Positions 60,489 to 64,000 of a stretch of DNA of 64,000 bases are shown piece after piece. The first letter of the stretch is position 1; every line of letters starts with the position of its first letter. The translations under genes and the position numbers were made by a program. Under the pieces are notes generated by a model, which was not told where the DNA came from, did not search any database, and worked only from the letters and a program-made list of their open reading frames with translations. The stretch is from the NCBI GenBank assembly GCA_050250955.1, contig JBFWNR010000006.1, positions 54,716 through 118,715 of the forward strand, given 5' to 3'. The DNA is from Vicinamibacterales bacterium (lineage in GTDB: Bacteria > Acidobacteriota > Vicinamibacteria > Vicinamibacterales > UBA2999).

Positions 60489-61415
60489 TCACCGCCGTCG
60501 ACCGGTCAGGATCGCTGCCACCGCCGCCAGGATCAGCGCCGCGGCCAGCGCCGTGCGCTCGGTGAGCGGCTCACCGCCGACGGCCGAGCCGAGCAGGACC
60601 GCGACCAGCGGGTTGACGAAGGCGTAGCTGCCGACCCGCGACGGGGTGGACACGCGCAGCAGCCACACGTAGGCGGTGAAGGCCACGATCGAGGCGGCCA
60701 CCACCATGTAGGTGAAGCCGCCCAGCGAGCGCCACGACACGGCGCGAACGTCGAAGGTCGCCACCTCGCCCAGCGCCAGCGCGACGACCATGAGCGAGGC
60801 GCCGCCGGCGATGAGCTGCATGCCGGTGGACAGCACGACCGACCTCGGCAGGTTCGAGCGCCGGGCGGTGATTGAGCCGAGCGCCCACGAGAACCCGCTC
60901 ACCTGGATGACGAGCAGCCCGATCGGGTCCACGGCGCCGCCCCAGCTGCCCGGGCCGACGAGCACGGTCAGCCCGACGAGGCCCAGGCCGAGGCCGAGCC
61001 AGACGGCGTTGCTGGGTCGCGACGCGCCGGCCCACAGCCAGTCGAGCAGCGTCATCCACAGCGGCAGCGTCGCCATGCCGAGGGCGGCCATGCCCGACGG
61101 CACCCGGCCCTGCGCCCATGCCAGCAGGCCATGGCAGCCGAGGAACAGGAACACGCCGACGCGGGCGGCAGCCCGCCAGTGGGTGAACGTGGGCGACGGC
61201 GCGGAGCGCGCCCGGGCCCAGGCATAGAGGCAGAGGCCGGCCAGCGTCGAGCGGATGCCCATCAGCAGGAACGGCGGAATGGTCTCGATGGCGTAGCGGA
61301 TGGCGAGGAAGTTCGAGCCCCACAGCAGGTAGATGAGCAGGAATGCCGCCGCCACCTGGGCGCGCGGCGGGGCCGTGGCCGGGGGCAGCGTCGCGACGGT
61401 CACGCCTTGTAGCAT
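60489..61415 (-). CDS. EamA/DMT-family transporter
   Basis: It has ten TM segments and two EamA-like halves (LLWGSNFLAIRYA...). Confidence 0.85.
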   Translation of the reverse strand: MLQGVTVATLPPATAPPRAQVAAAFLLIYLLWGSNFLAIRYAIETIPPFLLMGIRSTLAGLCLYAWARARSAPSPTFTHWRAAARVGVFLFLGCHGLLAWAQGRVPSGMAALGMATLPLWMTLLDWLWAGASRPSNAVWLGLGLGLVGLTVLVGPGSWGGAVDPIGLLVIQVSGFSWALGSITARRSNLPRSVVLSTGMQLIAGGASLMVVALALGEVATFDVRAVSWRSLGGFTYMVVAASIVAFTAYVWLLRVSTPSRVGSYAFVNPLVAVLLGSAVGGEPLTERTALAAALILAAVAAILTGRRR

Positions 61416-61448
61416 CCCGGCAGAGGCCGGGGCGACACAAGCGAATGA

Positions 61449-61466
61449 TCGCGACGTCGGTCGCGA
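61449..61466 (-). terminator. candidate hairpin after bshA
   Basis: TCGCGAC-GTCG-GTCGCGA lies 10 nt beyond the bshA stop on the minus strand. Confidence 0.3.
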
Positions 61467-61476
61467 CGACGAGCTG

Positions 61477-62604
61477 TCAGCCCCGAGCCGCGAGATAGAC
61501 GTCTTCGTAGAGCGGCACGATCCGCTCGGTGCAGTAGCGGGCGCGGACCACGTCGGCGGCGGCCCGGCCCATCGCGCGGCGTCGGGCCGGATCGGCGACG
61601 AGCGCCAGACCCCGGTCGGCCATCGCCGCCACGTCGCCCGGCGGGCAGATGAACCCGGTGGCGCCGTCGTCGATGATCTCGGGCAGGCCGCCGACCCGGA
61701 AGGCCACGACCGGCATCTCGCAGGCCATCGCCTCGAGCGCCGCGAGTCCGAAGCTCTCCTGCGCCGAGGGCAGCAGGAAGACGTCGCCCACCGACAGCCA
61801 CGGCACCAGGTCCTGCTGCTCGCCGGCGAACTCGACGTCGGGGCCGAGTCCGGCCTCGACCACCCGGCGCTCGACCTCCGGCCGCACCGGTCCGTCGCCG
61901 ATGAGCACCAGACGGGCGGGCACCTGCCGCCGGATCAGACCGAACGCCTCGACGGCCAGCTCCACCTGCTTGACCGGGCGGAAATTCGAGACGTGGACGA
62001 ACACCGTGCCGGCGCCCCGGGCCACCCGGGTCCGCAGCGCCGCGGCGTCCTGCCGGCGGTAGTGATCGCAGTCGAGAAAGTTCGGGATGACGGCGATCGG
62101 CGTCGTGATGCCGAGCGCGGCGACGGTGTCGGCGCGCAGGCTGGCCGAGACCGCCGTCACCGCGTGCGACTGCTCGATCGAGAAGGCCACCACCCGGGCG
62201 TACGACGGGTCGCTGCCGACCAGCGTGATGTCGGTGCCGTGCAGGGTCGTGACGGTACGCGGCGACAGCCCCGGCGTCGCGGCCAGCATCTGGTCGGCCA
62301 GGTAGGCGGCGGTGGCGTGCGGGACCGCGTAGTGCGCGTGGACGATGTCGAGGTGCTTCTGCTCGGCCACCCGCGTGATGGTGGTGGCGAGGGCGAGCAG
62401 GTATTGCGGTTCGCGGAAGAGCGGGTAGGACGGCACCACCACGGGTTCGAACGACAGGCCGGGCCCGCCGTCGCGGAAGCGGAACGGCGGCTCGCTGCTG
62501 ATCAGGTGGACGGTGTGGCCGCGCCCGGCCAGCGCGTGGGCCAGTTCGGTGGCGACCACGCCGCTGCCGCCGACCGAGGCGTAGCACACCATCCCGATCC
62601 TCAT
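61477..62604 (-). CDS. bshA: N-acetyl-alpha-D-glucosaminyl L-malate synthase (bacillithiol biosynthesis GT4 glycosyltransferase)
   Basis: The pattern MRIGMVCYASVGGSGVVATELAHALAGRGH.VH.I...PFR...HAHYAVPHA.AAYLA.QM...TTLHGTDIT.VG.DPS tracks Bacillus BshA closely, from memory. ATG 62604 overlaps the bshB stop. Confidence 0.85.
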   Translation of the reverse strand: MRIGMVCYASVGGSGVVATELAHALAGRGHTVHLISSEPPFRFRDGGPGLSFEPVVVPSYPLFREPQYLLALATTITRVAEQKHLDIVHAHYAVPHATAAYLADQMLAATPGLSPRTVTTLHGTDITLVGSDPSYARVVAFSIEQSHAVTAVSASLRADTVAALGITTPIAVIPNFLDCDHYRRQDAAALRTRVARGAGTVFVHVSNFRPVKQVELAVEAFGLIRRQVPARLVLIGDGPVRPEVERRVVEAGLGPDVEFAGEQQDLVPWLSVGDVFLLPSAQESFGLAALEAMACEMPVVAFRVGGLPEIIDDGATGFICPPGDVAAMADRGLALVADPARRRAMGRAAADVVRARYCTERIVPLYEDVYLAARG

Positions 62605-63317
62605 GGGGCGTCCTTGAGCAGGCTCGCGCGCTGGATCGGCTCGCGGACCACCAGGCCTTCGGCGAAGGCGACGCCGGCCAGCGCCCCGAACTGCGCGTCG
62701 CGGCTCTCGATGAGTTGTCCGAAGGTCGCCGCGGTCAGCCGCGTGGCGACCGCGCCGTCCTCGGCCGGCGCGAACTGGCTCCGGTAGCAGGCCAGGGCGT
62801 CCCGCTTCTTCTGGTAGTGGTCCGAGACGTCGACGACGAACGACGGCGGCGCGCCGTCGTTGATGAAGTAGTAGCAGACCCAGTCGGGGCGCCACGGCGC
62901 GTCGGCGGTCTCGTAGCGGCGCAACCCGCTGGTGAACGCCGCCCGCCGCAGCACCTGGCTGCTGGCGACGTGGTCGGGGTGGCGGTCGTCCCAGTAGGGG
63001 ATGGCGATGGTGCGCGGCCTGGCCCGGCGGATGAGTTCGACGGCCGAACGAATCAGCGCCGGCGTGGCCTCGATGCCGCCGTCCGGCCAGCCGAGGTTGA
63101 CCCGCCAGGCCGCCCCGAGCACGCTGGCCGCCGCGCCGGCCTCGGCCCGCCGCGTCTCCGGCGTGCCGTTGGACGACAGCTCGCCGGCGGTCAGGTCGCA
63201 CAGCCCGACCGGCTGGCCGGCGGCGACGTGCCGGGCGATGGTGCCGCCGAGCCCGATCTCAAGGTCGTCGGGGTGCGGCCCGAACACCAGGACGTCGACC
63301 GGCGACGGCGCGCTCAC
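62601..63317 (-). CDS. bshB: N-acetyl-alpha-D-glucosaminyl L-malate deacetylase (PIG-L/LmbE family)
   Basis: The pattern is VLVFGPHPDDLEIGLGGTIA.....G..VG.CDLT.GELSSNGT.E.R..EA..A..VLG...R..L..PDG...PYW.DRHPDH. GTG 63317 overlaps the upstream stop. Confidence 0.85.
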   Translation of the reverse strand: MSAPSPVDVLVFGPHPDDLEIGLGGTIARHVAAGQPVGLCDLTAGELSSNGTPETRRAEAGAAASVLGAAWRVNLGWPDGGIEATPALIRSAVELIRRARPRTIAIPYWDDRHPDHVASSQVLRRAAFTSGLRRYETADAPWRPDWVCYYFINDGAPPSFVVDVSDHYQKKRDALACYRSQFAPAEDGAVATRLTAATFGQLIESRDAQFGALAGVAFAEGLVVREPIQRASLLKDAP

Positions 63318-63934
63318 GGCCGCGGCTTGGCCAGGTAGGCCTTCGACGCCGCCTCGTCCTTGAGCGGCGTCACCTTGTCGGGGTCGATGCGCACCATCAT
63401 GTAGTCGATGTGGTCGTCGATCCTGGTGAACCAGTGGCCGGTGCCGGCGGGAATCACCACCACGTCGCCGGCCTTGAGGTTGTAGGACACGCCGTTGCGG
63501 ATCTCGGCGCCGTTGTTGCCCGGGCCGTTGAACTCCCGCACGGTCTGCAGCGTGGCCGGCCGGCGCTGGCGGTTGGTGATGTCGGGGCCCAGCATCAGGG
63601 TCGCCGTGCCGTCGATGATGTAGTAGACCTCGCTCACCAGGTCGTGTTCGGCCACCGAGTTGGGCAGCGGCGCGTCGAGCCTGCCGCGATGCACCATGCC
63701 GATGCCGATGTGCGCCTTGCCGATCTCGATGTCGCGCACCTGCTGGTCGGTGAGCTTCTCGGCCACCGCCTTCTGCGTGTAGGCGCGCAGCTCCTCGGCC
63801 GGGATGTAGTAGCCGGGACACATCGCGCAGGTCGGCTGCGGATCGGTGGGGTTGATCTTCGTCTGGGCGACGACGGCGGCGACGGCGACGATGGCGACGG
63901 CGACCGCGGCGGTTCCGGCAACGATGGCTCTCAC
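63314..63934 (-). CDS. exported cupin-domain protein
   Basis: A signal or anchor segment is present. The cupin motifs are H....EVYYIIDG.ATL and GDVVVIPAGTGHWF. Confidence 0.75.
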   Translation of the reverse strand: MRAIVAGTAAVAVAIVAVAAVVAQTKINPTDPQPTCAMCPGYYIPAEELRAYTQKAVAEKLTDQQVRDIEIGKAHIGIGMVHRGRLDAPLPNSVAEHDLVSEVYYIIDGTATLMLGPDITNRQRRPATLQTVREFNGPGNNGAEIRNGVSYNLKAGDVVVIPAGTGHWFTRIDDHIDYMMVRIDPDKVTPLKDEAASKAYLAKPRP

Positions 63935-64000
63935 GCGACACCTCCAGTGGGCGCATCTTCCCCGGCGGCCGCCCGCAACGCAAGCACTGGACGTATACTC

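Noticed and set aside
1-64000. A search for rRNA, tRNA, tmRNA, CRISPR arrays, transposases and prophage genes.
   Set aside because: I recognised no conserved rRNA stretches. There were no tRNA-like T-arm motifs outside coding frames; the only GGTTCGA-type match, at 23672, is inside a pilin CDS. There were no regularly spaced 25-40-nt repeats. No transposase, integrase or capsid-like translations appeared. A covariance-model scan (tRNAscan-SE or Infernal/Rfam) would be needed to exclude small RNAs and riboswitches.

Overview
This is a very GC-rich window (judged by eye, not computed) and densely coding. I could support about 62 protein-coding genes. Many of them are linked by ATGA or GTGA stop/start overlaps, at 11600, 15613, 16707, 39204, 45347, 51873, 58522, 62601 and 63314. 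I recognised no rRNA, tRNA or CRISPR array. The gene content suggests a soil Acidobacteriota- or Gemmatimonadota-like chromosome, but that is inference only; it rests on the DUF1549/DUF1553 + DUF1501 pair, many Sec/Tat-exported redox enzymes, bshA/bshB and type IV minor pilins. Because of the GC content, most very long ORFs in the six-frame track are antisense or off-frame artefacts, and I trimmed or discarded them.

Main blocks:
- 1-8.2 kb: small exported proteins, and an oversized sigma-like protein with a double zinc-motif anti-sigma factor.
- 8.2-14.8 kb: a six-gene minus-strand operon (alkaline phosphatase, sulfite-oxidase-family Mo enzyme, dihaem cytochrome c, DUF1295, tandem USP, O-methyltransferase).
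- 14.9-18.7 kb: a LytS-type kinase with two response regulators (REC-PP2C and LytTR).
- 23.1-28.4 kb: a minor-pilin operon ending in a 1026-aa PilX/GspK-position protein.
- 30-37 kb: FGE-like, DUF1501, DUF1549/1553 and M1 aminopeptidase genes.
- 44-49 kb: a D-threonine-aldolase-like, FAD/FeS/CCG oxidoreductase and permease operon.
- 50.6-57 kb: a periplasmic redox island (SoxCD-like, haem c/Cu-monooxygenase-like, unknown protein, PQQ dehydrogenase).
- 61.5-63.9 kb: cupin-bshB-bshA.

The most interesting region is 57.6-59.8 kb. It is a lower-GC island that reads as an integron-type gene-cassette array without an integrase. It has three attC-like sites with R''/R' boxes and bulged imperfect stems. 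They separate single-gene cassettes and reverse-oriented hicBA and mazEF modules.

Three non-coding repeat families are also present: REP-like GGCAG...TTCA/TGAA...CTGCC hairpins, GCGGCTR heptad microsatellites, and a ~50-nt GGGGTCTGACCCC element that also sits in frame inside a CDS.
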